A stretch of 64,000 nt of DNA from contig CM075995.1 of NCBI GenBank assembly GCA_038087875.1, forward strand, positions 6,698,001 through 6,762,000. Reading direction: 5' to 3'. The DNA comes from Malacoraja senta (lineage: Eukaryota). The notes beneath the pieces were generated by a model. It made no database searches, was not told the origin of the DNA, and was given only the letters and a program-made list of their open reading frames with translations. Numbering within the stretch: the first letter of the stretch is position 1; the number at the start of each line of letters is the position of its first letter. Shown in pieces: positions 26,031 to 39,200 of this stretch. The translations under genes were made by a program, and so were the position numbers.

Positions 26031-28113
26031 ATAATGGATAAGAATGGATAATGACCAAATTAAAAGGGACCGATGAAGTGACTGAAATAAATTCCCATTA
26101 TTTTCTTTATACATCTCAATTTCCAGGCTTTGTCCCACACCCACATCTTTTCCAGTTTACTTCCCCTCCCCCCCCCCCCCCACCATCAGTTTGAAGAAGG
26201 GTCCCGACCCAAAATGTCACCAGTCCACGTCCTCCAGAGATAGGGTGACACGGCGGTAGAGTTGCTGCCTTACAGGGCCAGAGACCCAGGTTCGATCCTG
26301 ACTATGGGTGTTGTCTGTACGGAGATTGTACGTTCTCCCCGTGACTGCGTAGGTTTTCCCCGGGTGCTCGGTTTTCTTCCCACACATTATTTGTAGGTTA
26401 ATTGGTGTTGGTAAAGATTGTAAAGGATAGTATAATGTACTGGGTCACTGGTTGACGCAGACTCGGTGGGCCGAAGGGCTTGTTCCCCCCCGTTGTATCT
26501 CTAAACTAAACATACTGCCTGACCTGCTAACTTACTCCAGCACGTTAATTATATTTCTGCCACCATCTGCCTCTTCCTTGGAGCTCCATTTTTTTTTCTC
26601 TAAATGATGACTTGGCTTCAAGGTAGTGCACAGAATCACTGGGCTGATTCCATAAATACGGGAGCTATTTTATGAGGAGCAAATAACAAAATTGGACATC
26701 TATATACAACCTTGGATGCATCCAAACCAGTCCAAGTGATTTATTTGATTGAAGTGAAGCCAATTTTTCCAATACATCTTTAATTTTGACCACATTCGCT
26801 CTCTCTAATGCTTCCACTGAGATATATTGACACCATTATCTTCCTTGTTTAATACCAATACAATATATAGTAAAACTCCACTACTTTGGCCCCCGTTGGG
26901 TCTTTAGTAATGTTCACTGCACACCTTTGGAAACTTACAAAATGTTACACTCCTATTAATACCTATTTCACAATTTTTTAAACACATTGCACGACAGTAC
27001 AATAGATTTTCCAATGAACCTGGTGAGTTCAAGTGGCACAGGAAATATACAAGCAAAGCAGATCCTGGCTCTTGCTGCAAATCTCTCCAGCTCCTTTGCT
27101 CCTGACTAAACCCAAAGAGTAAGCTCTGGCTGCAGTTCCATGGTTTCAGCCACACAACCTGCTTGCACCCATAAAGTCATCGAGTCATACAGCCATCATG
27201 ATGAGGGGTATAGATTGGGTAAAGGACTCTGTTGTAGGAAGGAACTGGAGATGCTGGTTGAAACCGAAGATAGACACAAAATGCTGGAGTAACTCAGCGG
27301 GGCAGGCATCGTCTCCGGATAGAAGGAATGGGTGCTTCAGGTTTGGGTTTCGAATTCTTCAGACCGCCTCTGTGTGCCAGGGGCGCCTCCTGCAGCCGAC
27401 CTTGAAGCCGCTGGAGGAAATACCCTGGTCTGAAGAAGGGTCTCGACCCGAAACATCACCCATTCCTTCTATCCAGAAATGCAGGGTAAAGGACTCTGTG
27501 GACCTACCCCGAGTAGGGGAATCAAGAACCAGAAGACAGAGGGCGGGAGTATCCAGGGATACCGCGGCCCATAGACAAAGGACCCGCCGAAAGGTTCAGC
27601 TCGCTCGCCTGAGACAGGGGACTCGCCCGCCGCAGAGGGAGGACCTACCCACCCGACTCATCTGCCAGAGACCAGGGACTTGCTAGGTGGACCCATATCT
27701 CAGACCAGAAACCGCCCAGAAGGCCCAGCCCGCCCTCCGCAGACCGGGGACTCACCCGCCACGGACGGTGGACCATTGCAGTGCACCGGAATCCGCCAGG
27801 AGGCTCGCCCAATGCAGATCAAGGACCCACGGGAACCAATCTGGAGGGCCGGTACGCAGATCGGCTGCAGGAGGGAGGACACCCTCGATCCATCGACAGG
27901 GGAGTAGGCCGCTGGAGGCCCTGCAGCAGCCTGGGGCTCGGCTGGACCAGGCGCCACTCCAAGAGGCCGAGCATGAGGACCAGACGCGGCCGACAGCGGT
28001 GGAGCAGCGGCGGAGGACACCTCGGCTACGCTTGCCCCTGCAACATCGCCATGGCAACGGGCCTTCATGGTCGGGCCAAGAACCCTGCACTTTCAACAAC
28101 TGGGACTTGAAAA

Positions 28114-31100
28114 ATGAATGAATGAATGAATACTTTATTGTCATTATAACATGTAAACATGTACAACGAAATTAGAAATGCCAACCAGTCAGTGCACACA
28201 TTTTCTTAGAGCAAAAGTCTAAGATAAACAACTAAAATAAATAACATGAAAAAAACCATTCTTCTGTCGATTTCCCAGTCCCTTTGGTGTGTAGCGCACC
28301 TGTACTCATTTGGTGGCTACATTAAGTGTATTTATTGCTGTGGATAAAAACTGTTTTTGAGTCTGTTTGTCCTTGTCCTCATTGATCTGTACCGTCTGCC
28401 TGATGGCAGCAGTACAAACAGGGAGTGACCAGGGTGGAGTGTGTCCTTTATGATCTTCTTGGATTTTTTGAGACAGTGGGAACTGTGTAGGTCCTTCAAG
28501 GTGAGGAGAGGGCAGCCGATAATCTTCTGGGCGTTGTCAATTGCCCTCTGGAGCGCCTTCCTCTTAGCCGCTGTGCAGCTGGTGTACCACACGCACACAC
28601 AGTATGTTAAGATGCTCTCAGTTGAGCATCGATAAAAGGATAGCAGCAGTCTCTGGGTGATGTTGTTCTTCCTGAGCACCCTCAGGAAGTACAGTCTCTG
28701 CTGGACCTTTTTCAGCAGCGCAGAGGTGTTCACGCTCCAAGTCAGGTCCTCCTCAATGTGGATTCCCAGGAAGCGGAAATCCGCCACCCTTTCCACACAG
28801 TCCCCATCGATGATTAGTGGGGTAATGTCCGTTTTCTTCTTCCTATAGTCAATTATGAGCTCCTTGGTCTTTGAGGTGTTGAGGAGCAGGTTATTTTCTC
28901 CACACCACCCTGTCAGCTGTTCCACCTCATCCCTGTAGGCGTACTCACCCCCCCCCCCAGAGATGAGGCCTACCACCGTGGTGTCATCCGCGAATTTGAC
29001 AATGGTGTTACTGTGGTGGGCGGGGGTGCAGTCATATGTGTAGATGGTGTAAAGCAGGGGGCTCAGCACGCAGCCCTGTGGAGAGCCGGTACTGAGGCTG
29101 AGGGCCGTAGATGTGTGACGGCCCACTCTGACTCTCTGACTGCGACCCGACAGGAAGCTCTTTATCCACATGCAGGTGGAGTGTGGAAGTCCCAGGTCCC
29201 CCAGTTTGTCCACCAGTTTGTGGGGAAGGATGGTGTTAAAAGCAGAGCTGTAGTCCACAAAGAGCATCCGCACGTAGCTCCCCCGCTGCTCCAGGTGGGA
29301 CAGTGCAGCATGGAGGGCTGTGGCTACAGCATCCTCTGTGGATCTATTCGCTCTATACGCAAACTGGTGGGGGTCAAAGCTTCGGGGCAGGAGTAATGTG
29401 ATGTGACCCCAGACCAGTTTTTCAAAACACTTCATCACCACTGGTGTGAGTGCGACTGGCCGGTAGTCGTTGAGACTGGAAATGTGGGGGTTTTGGGCAA
29501 GGGGACTATGGTGGAGGACTTCAGACAGGATGGGACAGTGGACTGGGCCAGAGACTGGTTGAAAATCCTCGTAAAGAATCCAGCCAGCTGGTCTGCGCAG
29601 TCCTTCAGCACGCGTCCAGAAACGCCGTCGGGTCCAGCAGCCTTCCTCGGATTGATGGCCCGCAGCGTGCGCCTCACCTCATGCTCCTCTATTTTGAGGA
29701 ATAAGCTGCTGTGGACCATGTGGTGTGATATGGCTGTCTCTGGTGGCTCCACTTCAAAGCGAGCAAAGAAGAGGTTCAGCTCCTCTGCCAACGAGGCATC
29801 ACCTTCAGCAGCTCCAAGGTTGGTCTTGTAGTTGGTGAGATACTGGATCCCCTGCCACACCTGCCTGCTGTTGTTACTGTCCAGGTGGTCCTCTATCCTC
29901 CTCCTGTAGTCTGATTTGGCCTCTCTGATGCCTCTCTTCAGGTTAGCTCGGGCCGTGCTGTATAAAGCCCTATCGCCAGACCTAAAAACGGTGTTTCTCT
30001 CTTTTAACAGCCGCTGGACCTCCCTGGTCATCCAGGGCTTCTGGTTGGGGTAGACCTGGATGCGTTTGTCCACTGTGACAGTGTCCATGCAGTTTTTAAT
30101 GTAACATAGTACACTGTCTGTGAACACCTCCAGGTCCTGGTGTTCAAACACATCCCAGTTGGTCCTGTCGAAGCAGTCCTGCAGCTGCTGAGAGGTGCCA
30201 TCAGGCCAAGTTGTGATGGTCTTTGTGATGGTAGGAGCAGTTTTCCTGAGGGGGGCATATGCAGGAATTAAAAGCAGGGACATATGGTCAGACTGGCCCA
30301 GGTGTGGTAGTGGTCTAGCCCTGTAGCCCAGCTTGATGTTGGAGTAGACCTTGTCCAATGTGTTAGCTCCTCTTGTAGCACATTTAACATGCTGATAGAA
30401 TTTGGGGAGCATTGCCTTCAAGTCCGCGTGATTAAAGTCCCCTGCTATGATGTGAACAGCGTCAGGATATGTGCTCTGATGGCTGCTAGTGCTACCATAC
30501 AATTGTCCGATAGCCGAGTTCGCATTAGCATCCGGTGGTATGTATACCACAGTTATCATGACGACAGTAAACTCTCTAGGGAGATAAATGGGCCTGCATT
30601 TAACAGTCACATACTCCAGGTCCGGGGAGCAGTGACTGTCTACAATCACTGTGTTAGTACACCAGTTGTTGTTCACGTACACACAGAGCCCTCCTCCTCC
30701 TCTGCTCTTACCAGAGTCTCTTGTCCTGTCATGACGCTGTGCGGTGTAGCCTGCTAGCTCGATAGCAGAGTCCGGAATGAGTGAACGAAGCCAGGTCTCC
30801 GTGATCAACAGAATGCAGCTGTCCTTCACGGCGTTGTTAGCTGCAGTTTGTAGCCTCAGTTCATCCATCTTGTTAGCGAGGGATCTGGCGTTCGTGAGAA
30901 ACAGGCTGGGAAGCGGTGGTTTGAGTGGCTGCCTCCGCAGCCTGGCTAGCGCGCCGGCCCTGCAGCCTCGCTTTTTCCTTCTCTCTCTGCGCCGCCTTCG
31001 CCTCCTCCCTGCTGGGATGGTAATCCACGGAGAGCCGGGGCTCCTCGCTATGTCCACCGGGATCTTGTGTGAACGGACAAACTCGGCTGTCACACTCCGC

Positions 31101-31252
31101 TCGCGACCAGCTCCAATCCTAAGGAGATCATGCTTGCTATAGACGTTGTTCGCCCGACAGTAAGTATGCAGGACAACATGTGCGAACACAAAAAACACAA
31201 AACACCGACCGGGAGAACATTTAGCCGCTGCAACTGTGTGCGCCGCCATCTT
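28114..31252 (-). mobile_element. Near full-length Rex1/Babar-type LINE (APE + RT) with one frameshift
   Basis: ORF 29435-31255 has an Arg-rich leader, NARSLANK, ITETWL, GDFN, SDH. ORF 28332-29441 has QFAYRANRS, DYSSAFNT, PQGCVLSP, KFADD, FLG. Tail gacaataaag(tcat)n. One-base deficit at the G5T4 run near 29486-29494. Confidence 0.9.
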
Positions 31253-31540
31253 CAAAAAGGTGCCAAACTGGCGATTCTGAATACTATCTCAGTGTACTGC
31301 TGCTATACACGTACTGTCTCCGAGATGCTTAAATAATATGTATCTAAGTACATGCATAGTGATACTTGTACTGAACTGTATACAAAACTGAATTTCACTG
31401 TACCTCGGTACATGTGACAAATACAGTCCCATACTAATAAGTTTAACGTGAGAGGTGGAAGATTTAATAGGAATCTGAGGGGCAACTTTTTCCAAGTAGA
31501 GAGTGGTGGGCGTATGGAATGAGCTGCCAGAGGAGGTGAT

Positions 31541-32098
31541 TGACAATAGACAATAGGTGCAGGAGTAGGCCATTCGGCCCTTTGAGCCAGCACCGCCATT
31601 CAATGTGATCATGGCTGATCATCCCCAATCATTACCCCGTTCCTACCTTCTCCCCATATCCCCTGACTCCGCTATCTTTACGAGCCCTATCTAGCTCTCT
31701 CTTGAAAGTATCCAGAGAACCTGCCTCCACCGCCCTCTGAGGCAGAGAATTCCACAGACTCACCACTCTCTGTGAGTAAAAAGTGTTTCCTCGTCTCCGT
31801 TCTAAATGGCTTACCCCTTATTCTTAAACTGTGGCCCCTGGTTCTGGACTCCCCCAACATCGGGAACATGTTTCCTGCCTCTAGCGTGTCCAAACACTTA
31901 ACAATCTTATATGTTTCAATAAGATCCCCTCTCATCCTTCTAAACTCCAGCATGTACAAGCCCAGCCGCTCCATTCTCTCAGCATATGACAGTCCCGCCA
32001 CCCCGGGAATTAACCATGTAAACCTACGCTGCACTCCCTCAATAGCAAGAATGTCCTTCCTCAAATTAGGGGACCAAAACTGCACACAATACTCCAGA
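31541..32098 (-). mobile_element. CR1 3' fragment nested in an older CR1
   Basis: LEYCVQFWSP...RGHSLRIRG and (ctattgt) tail. Older CR1 sequence resumes on both sides. Confidence 0.85.
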
Positions 32099-33469
32099 TT
32101 GGGGCAGAAATTATAACGACATTTATAAGACATTTGGACAGGTACATGGATAGGACAAGTTGAGAGGGATATGGGCCAAACGCAGGCAGGTGGGACCAGT
32201 GTAGATTGGACACCTTGATTGACATGGGGAAACTGGGCCGAAGGGCCTTTCCATGCTCTGTGACTCTAACTACGTGATCATCTTAAATAATTCATACAGC
32301 CAGTCAAAAGGTGAAGTAGAAGGGGGCATGATAGCTTATTATTTTACAGGAAGAATAAGGGTGAGGTTCAAAATACAGGAACATGCAGAGACATGGCAAA
32401 GAACAGAAAGAAACACAAAAACAAACATAACCTTTGCAGCAACACCCAAGAACAGGAAATCCCTCCAGTGCTTTGACAATTAGAGATAATCACAGAAAAA
32501 TAGAAATGCTGAAGGAATGGTCCCAAGGGCAGCCTGGGGCTTCAGCCCAGCTAGCCACGGCTATATCCCAGTCGCTGGCCTGGCTTGCCCGGCCCCTGCT
32601 CACACTGGAGAGGTGGAAGACGGACAGGGGGCCGGTAAGTGAACCAGTGGCAGTGATCTGGGCCTCGACGGGAGACAGGGCCGCCGGGAGCCCTGCAGCA
32701 GCCTGGAGTTCGGCCCAGCGATCAAACCACAGGCCCAGCACGCTCGGAGAGGGTAGGACACAGAGCCCAGCCACTGCTTGTCCCATGGATCAGGAATTGG
32801 AAATTGGGGTGGAAGGAGATGGCAATGGTGGCGGTGGACAAAGGGCCTGGTGAGAGGAACTGGGTGGGGGTCTTACCTGCCACACTCTCGAGGTTGGCTG
32901 TGGGAGGCGCCCAGCAGGGAACAAGAGCTGGAGAGGACCGGGCGTGGAGAGGGACGACGGCTCACGGGACGATCGGAATGGAGGTGGTGGCTGCGGCCAG
33001 CTGCAGCTGGGACTGTAAAATGGTGCCAAAATGGGGCCTCTTGCACATGGTCTGTTCTGCCAGTGGTCTGTTCTGTTCACACTGTACTAACCAGGGGATT
33101 GTGCTTATGTACGGGGATGGCTTTGCTGAGCTGTATGCAAGAAATGTTTTTCACTGTCCTTGGCACACGTGACAATAAAGAAACCATAAAGAAACTGAGC
33201 ACCACCTGCAAATTGAGAAATTTTTTCTGGCACTCCTCTCTTCAGACTTTGAGAAAGTCATGTCCATCCTCCCTTCTAGCATTCTTACCCTTGCCTTACA
33301 ATCAGTCTGAAGAAGTCTTGACCCTAAATGTCTTCTATCTATGTTTTCCTGAAATGCTGCCTGACTCTGTGCCTTCCTTTGCTTTTTTTCCCGTTGTACC
33401 ACAGTGCACATGACAATAAACTGAACCTTTGCTATGATATTTTTTTAATTTTGAGAGTTTTATGAAACA

Positions 33470-34369
33470 CTAGACCGTGGGACCCGTTGGGTCCCGTCCC
33501 CCAAAGCGGGAGGGGGGGGGGGTGGAGGCACGACGTCACAGGGGAGGGCTGGTCCCCGAACGCAATATTCCACCACTCACCCATACGTCCCAATACTCAC
33601 CACTCCCTAGAGAGGGAGGGGGGGGTAGAGAGGGAGGGGTGGAAGAGAGGGAGGGGTGGAAGAGAGGGAGGGGTGGAAGAGAGGGAGGGGTGGAAGAGAG
33701 GGAGGGGTGGAAGAGAGGGAGGGGTGGAAGAGAGGGAGGGGTGGAAGAGAGGGAGGGGTGGAAGAGAGGGAGGGGTGGAAGAGAGTGAGGGGTGGAAGAG
33801 AGGGAGGGGGAGGTAGAGGGGGTAGAGAGGGAGAGTAGTAGAGAGGGAGGGTAAAGGGAGGGGGAGGGGGGAGGGGGGGAGGGGGTGGTGGAGGGAGGGG
33901 GTGGAGGGGGGAGGGGGGTGGAGGGGGGTGCGGGGGGAGGGGGTGGAGGGGGAGGGGGTGGTGGGGGAGCAGGGCAGAGAGGGAGGGGGGTAGAGACCTT
34001 AGCCCATCTCCCTTCTCCTCCTCCCCTCGTTCCCATTCCCTGCCCCAGGACCTACCCAGGTCATAGAGCAGCGCCAGGGCCTGGACAGCTTGAGAGCCCA
34101 TTGTGATTGGTGCACCGTGAGAGGCATTGTGACATCATCACTGGATGCTCTCTGAGAAAGCGTTGGGCTTTTTTGAAACTTTAAATCATGAATAACTTCG
34201 AAAATATAGGTCGGAATGCGACGGGAAGATGTTTATTGCTTCGACGGGAAAAATGTGTGTAGCATATGTGAAAATGGGAAAGCTGTGGCCTAGCGTTTGA
34301 AAGAAGATAAGAAAAAACAGAGCAGAGTGACACATTGCCGGCACAAACAAAGAGTTTTAGTAGTATAGA
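33470..34369 (-). mobile_element. Non-autonomous Helitron with an internal purine-rich minisatellite
   Basis: On the minus strand it starts A|TCTATACTACTAAAAC and ends with hairpin gggaccc-aac-gggtccc then acggtCTAG|T. No TSD. Confidence 0.75.
33624..33990 (+). repeat. 17-bp tandem (ggaagagagggaggggt)n grading into G-run low-complexity sequence
   Basis: Read directly; about 10 units, then G tracts. Confidence 0.95.
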
Positions 34370-36204
34370 TATCTGAGGAAAGATGCAGATCTGCATAATT
34401 TATAATGGTTTTGCCTGCAATGTACCTTCGAATGATGGCAGCTCAGGTTGCCCTTAAAGTTGCCCTTACTGAATCACAAATCACTACGCAAAAAAAAAAA
34501 AAAGAGATTATGGAGTAAAACTTCACTCTTACATGATTTATATGGGGGGAAAATAAACATAACGTTGATAATCCTGGTCTAGGAACCATCCCCTTTATAA
34601 TGAGAGGGTGTGGGGTACTATATATATTCAGAGAGTAAAGGTTTAGATTTATGATTGTCACGAACCATGAACAGCATTTGTTTGTGAGCTATCCAATCAT
34701 ATTAGACATAGAAACATAGAAAACATAGAAAATAGGTGCAGGAGGAGGCCCTTCGGCCCTTCGAGCCAACACCGCCATTCATTGTGATCATGGCTGATCG
34801 TCCCCAATCAATAACCCGTGCCTGCCTTCTCCCCCTATCCCTTGATCCGTTCTTCACGCTGCTTCTTCGCGCTGCTTCTCTAAACGGCACCATTGTGTGC
34901 ATCAACCAGCATTTCTGCTCTTAATTTCTATTTAGCAAACAGTATGTGTGACAACAGGCAAGACCATGAATACAATTAAGCCAAACATACGCACAGAAGG
35001 TATAGGGAAGGGAAAGATGTGAGAGTACAGAAGATAGTTCTCAGCATTGCAGTGTAACAGTTCTGAAAGTCTGTTATCCGCAATGAAATAAGTTGAAAAA
35101 TTAGGGTTGTACCCTAGTTTATTGAAAGACCGTTCAGAAGTTTGGTGACAGAAGAGGGTGGCACAGTGGCGTAGCAGTAGATTTGGTGCGTTACAGCGCC
35201 AGGGACCCAGGTTCGATCCTGACCACGGGTGCTGACTTTACGGAGTTTGTACTTTCTTCCCGTGACCGCATGGGTTTCCTCCAGGAACTCCCTCCGGTTT
35301 CCTCCAGGAACTCCCTCCGGTTTCCTCCCACACTCCAAAGATGCACAGGTTTGTAGGTTAATTGGCTTCGGTAAATTTGTAAATTGCCCCTTATGTGTAG
35401 GATAGGGCTAGTGTGCGGGAATCATTGGTCGGCGCGGACGCAGTGGGCCGAAGGACCTGTTCTTCACGCTGCTTCTCTAAACTAAACTAAACGGCACCAT
35501 TGTGTGCATCAACCAGCATTTCTGCTCTTAATTTCTATTTAGCAAACAGTATGTGTGACAACAGGCAAGAACAAAATTGGCATTCTGGAGGTGTAATACT
35601 AGACAAGGCAGCGCTGAACTGTCATCATCCATGTAATTATAGCTCAGTTACATCACTATTTTTAAACAAAGCAATGACATGGGCAGAATGGGAGAACATC
35701 TCTTCGAGCAATGAGACAGCAATAAAACCTGTAATAAGCACTGGTCCAGACACAAATTAAATCACGCTTCAGAAAGACTTCATTAGCAGATCAATGCAAA
35801 GACTATAAACTAATAGCATCAAGAACAGATGTTTTTTTCCCCAATCATGTTTTTTAACATATTATAGGAGCAGAATTAGGCCATTCAGCCCATCAAGTCT
35901 ACTCCGTCATTCAATCACGGATGATCTATCTTTCCCTCTCATCCCCATTTCTCCTGCCTTCTCCCCATAACCCCGGACTCCCGTACTAATCAATTTCTGA
36001 CAATCACCCGCATTACAATTCTTGAACATTAACTACTTCCAACTTAATTTTAAGCCTATAGGATTTCTACCGGCATGTAACTTGGTGTCCTGCTGCATTT
36101 TTATTGAAGTGAGAAGTAAAATTTTCCCTAAAAGAAATTGTGTGGATATGTGAACACATTTTTGTTATTCTAAAATCTAATCAAACAAGCAGCCATGTCC
36201 TTAC

Positions 36205-36255
36205 CTGCTTAATAACTCAGCTCCCGCAGAAAACTTTGGCAAATCATCTGCACTT
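36205..36255 (-). CDS. DTNBP1: Dysbindin-1 coding exon 3 (51 bp; SADDLPKFSAGAELLSR)
   Basis: Acceptor ttgctctcacAG and donor GTaagg. Resembles human LPKYSAGLELLSR. In frame with exons 2 and 4. Confidence 0.94.
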
Positions 36256-39200
36256 CTGTGAGAGCAAATTGGAAATGTTAAGGCACAGTGTACAGGAGCG
36301 AACCTGGAAAATATTCTACCGTTAAACAGGTCTGTATATCAAAATACTGCAGTTCAAAGGAATCGATGTGATCAACTTTTAAAACAGACATTTTAAGCTT
36401 AGTTGATTTATCAAGATATTAGGATTGAAATATTTCAAAGAAATAAATTGAAGTAACCTGTAATATTACAGTAACCTCACAAAGTTGTACTAAAGAGTTC
36501 AAGAAGTTCCCTACACTTCAGCACAGTAGTAGGGCGGCTGTCCCAATGACCCAGAGACTCGGTTTCGATCCTGACCTCGGGTGCTGTCTGTACGGAATTT
36601 GTACGTTCTTCCTGTGACCACATGGGTTTTCTCCGGGTGCTCTGGTTTCCTCACACATTCCAAAGGCGTGTAGGTTAATTAGCTTTTGTAAATTGTCCCT
36701 AATGTGTAGGATAGAACTAGTGCACAAGTGGTTGCTGGTCAGCGTGGATTCAGTGGGCCAAAGGGACTGCATCTCTAAACTACATTTAAATGAATGTACC
36801 ACAAAGACCCAACAGTTTAATAATCCATCATCAAATCTGGAGGGACCACACTCAGGGCTACCCCGCTACCTTCAGGTAGAAGGTACAGGAGCCTGAAGAC
36901 TACAACGACCAGGTTCAGGAATAGCTACTTCCCCACAGCCATCAGGCTATTAAACTTGGCTCGGACAAAACTCTGAACATTAATAGCCCATTATCTGTTT
37001 ATTTGCACTTTATCAGTTTATTTATTCATGTGTGTATATATTTATATAATGGTATATGGACACACTGATCTGTTCTGGAGTCATGCCTACTATGTTCTGT
37101 TGTGCTGAAGCAAAGCAAGAACTTCAATGTCCTATCAGGGACACATGACAATAAACTCTCTTAAATCTTGAATCAGCTGCTCATTTTCTATCTCACAACA
37201 ATACACTGTTCTGATATTGTCCGTTAATTCCCCGTTTTATTTTAGTCAAAGATCAGAGTTTACGTCTAGTTCCTCTCCCTTGCAAAGGAATATAAAGTAA
37301 GCTTTAAAGCTAAGACGTGTTGGGTGGAACTGCAGATGCTGGTTTAAACTGAAGATAGACACAAAAAAGCTGGAGTAACTCAGCGGGTCAGGCAACATCT
37401 CTGGAGAAAAGGAACAGGTGGAGTTTCGGGTCAAGGCTCTTCTTTTGAAGCTAAGACTATCAGTGTTGCCACTGCCCCAACCCCCTCTCTCTTTGGTCAC
37501 CTGTGTTTCCCCCCACACTTTGATTCAAACTCTTTCATCTCTACTATTTTTCACGCTTAGCCAGAAATTATATTCCTGCAATGCTCTCACATTCCTCTTG
37601 ACCCCACTGAATTACTAACCACCCAACTCCCATTCCGATGCTCTTGATAGCTAGGAAAATACATAAGTTAACTTATCTCATGAATAATAGTTTTGGGACC
37701 CAACATTTTTGATGTCTATAAGAGTTTTTCCATTAGTACTCCACTATCCATGATACATAATCATTTCATAAGTCGTAGGAACAGAATTGGGCCAATCGGC
37801 CCATCAAGTCTACTCCGCCATTCAATCATGGCTGATCTATCTCTCCCTCCTAACCCCATTCTCCTGCCTTCTCCCCATAACACGCCAGGTCCCACTTTGT
37901 TCTCAGGCGGCCCCCCCACTCCGGTTCCCTCTTTGCTCTCGGCACCCCCCTCCACCCCCACGCCAGGTCCCTCTTTGTTCTCGGCGGTGTGTCCTCAACC
38001 GACCTCCAGCACCCATGGAATAACCACCCACAGAATTTCTGACCCTGTCTGAGAAGAGTCCCGACCCAATGAGTCACCCATCCTTTTTCTCGAGAGATGC
38101 TGCCTGACCCGCTGACTTGCTCCAGCACTTGCGTTCTACCTGGGTATAAAGCAGTTCCTTGTTTCTACTTCTTAAAAAGCTATGTTCTACAACAAGCGGC
38201 GTCTAGTCAGTCAGTGCTCGGCTGTCTTTTTCTGATTTGTAAAGATTTTGTCAAATTTGTGCATTTTGTTTTGCAAGCTGCTGAACGCTGGAACAAAATG
38301 TCAATTACATTTTTTTCTGGGAAAGTTTCCATGGCTTGTAGAAATGTGCAAAGTGAGTTTAATTGAAACAGTCTCAATATTTTCTGTTCAACCTCAAACG
38401 GTACAAGACTGATGTTTTCTACTTGCTGACTGTAAAAGAAAATGTAATTGATTTGCACTTGGGTGCTCTCACTAAGTCATTAATTAGCTCACTTTCCAAA
38501 ACACTGATCTTGTACATGCAGCCCATTACCAATAAATCATGCTCGCATAAAATAGGCTTTTATTATGATTCTCATTAAGGATCATTGATCTGAAACAACA
38601 ACTCTATTTCTCATCCCACAGATGCTGACCTGACCTGCTGAGTATCTCTTGCATTTTATGCTTTTATTTTGTTATTACAGACATGTGGTTTTATCTTGAG
38701 ATATTAGAACAGTACAGCACTAGCACAGGCCAGTCGGGCCACAACGTCTGGGCTGAACACAATGCCAGGACCATCACTTCTCTACCAAACCTATCCTATT
38801 CACGTGCCTGTCTAAATGTTTCTTGAACGGCAGTATCATCCACAACGACCTTCTCTGGCAGGATAGGATAGGTTTATAGGCAGGTGAGACGAGTTTAGAA
38901 CATGGGCATATTAGGCCAAAGGGCCTGTTTCCACGCCGTATGACTTTCTGACTACAACAGTGCGAATTAAAAGTGTATCGTCAAGAAGGAAAGAGGTTTA
39001 GGATGTTATTTCCAGAATCCGCACAGGCACCAATGAGGATGGGTTAAAAATAAAGTACTCCAGGACAGAGTTAACAGTATCAGTTTCACAACGGGTTGGA
39101 AGAGAGGCTGAGTAGTCGGTAGTTTCATGGTCAGGGTGGAGGGAACTGGAAACGGGACTTTACAGTAAGTGGGGGGGATAGAAGAGAGCCCAGGTGGTAA

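Noticed and set aside
33477..34106. Gly/Glu/Arg- and Pro-rich ORFs
   Set aside because: Translations of the 17-bp minisatellite inside the Helitron.
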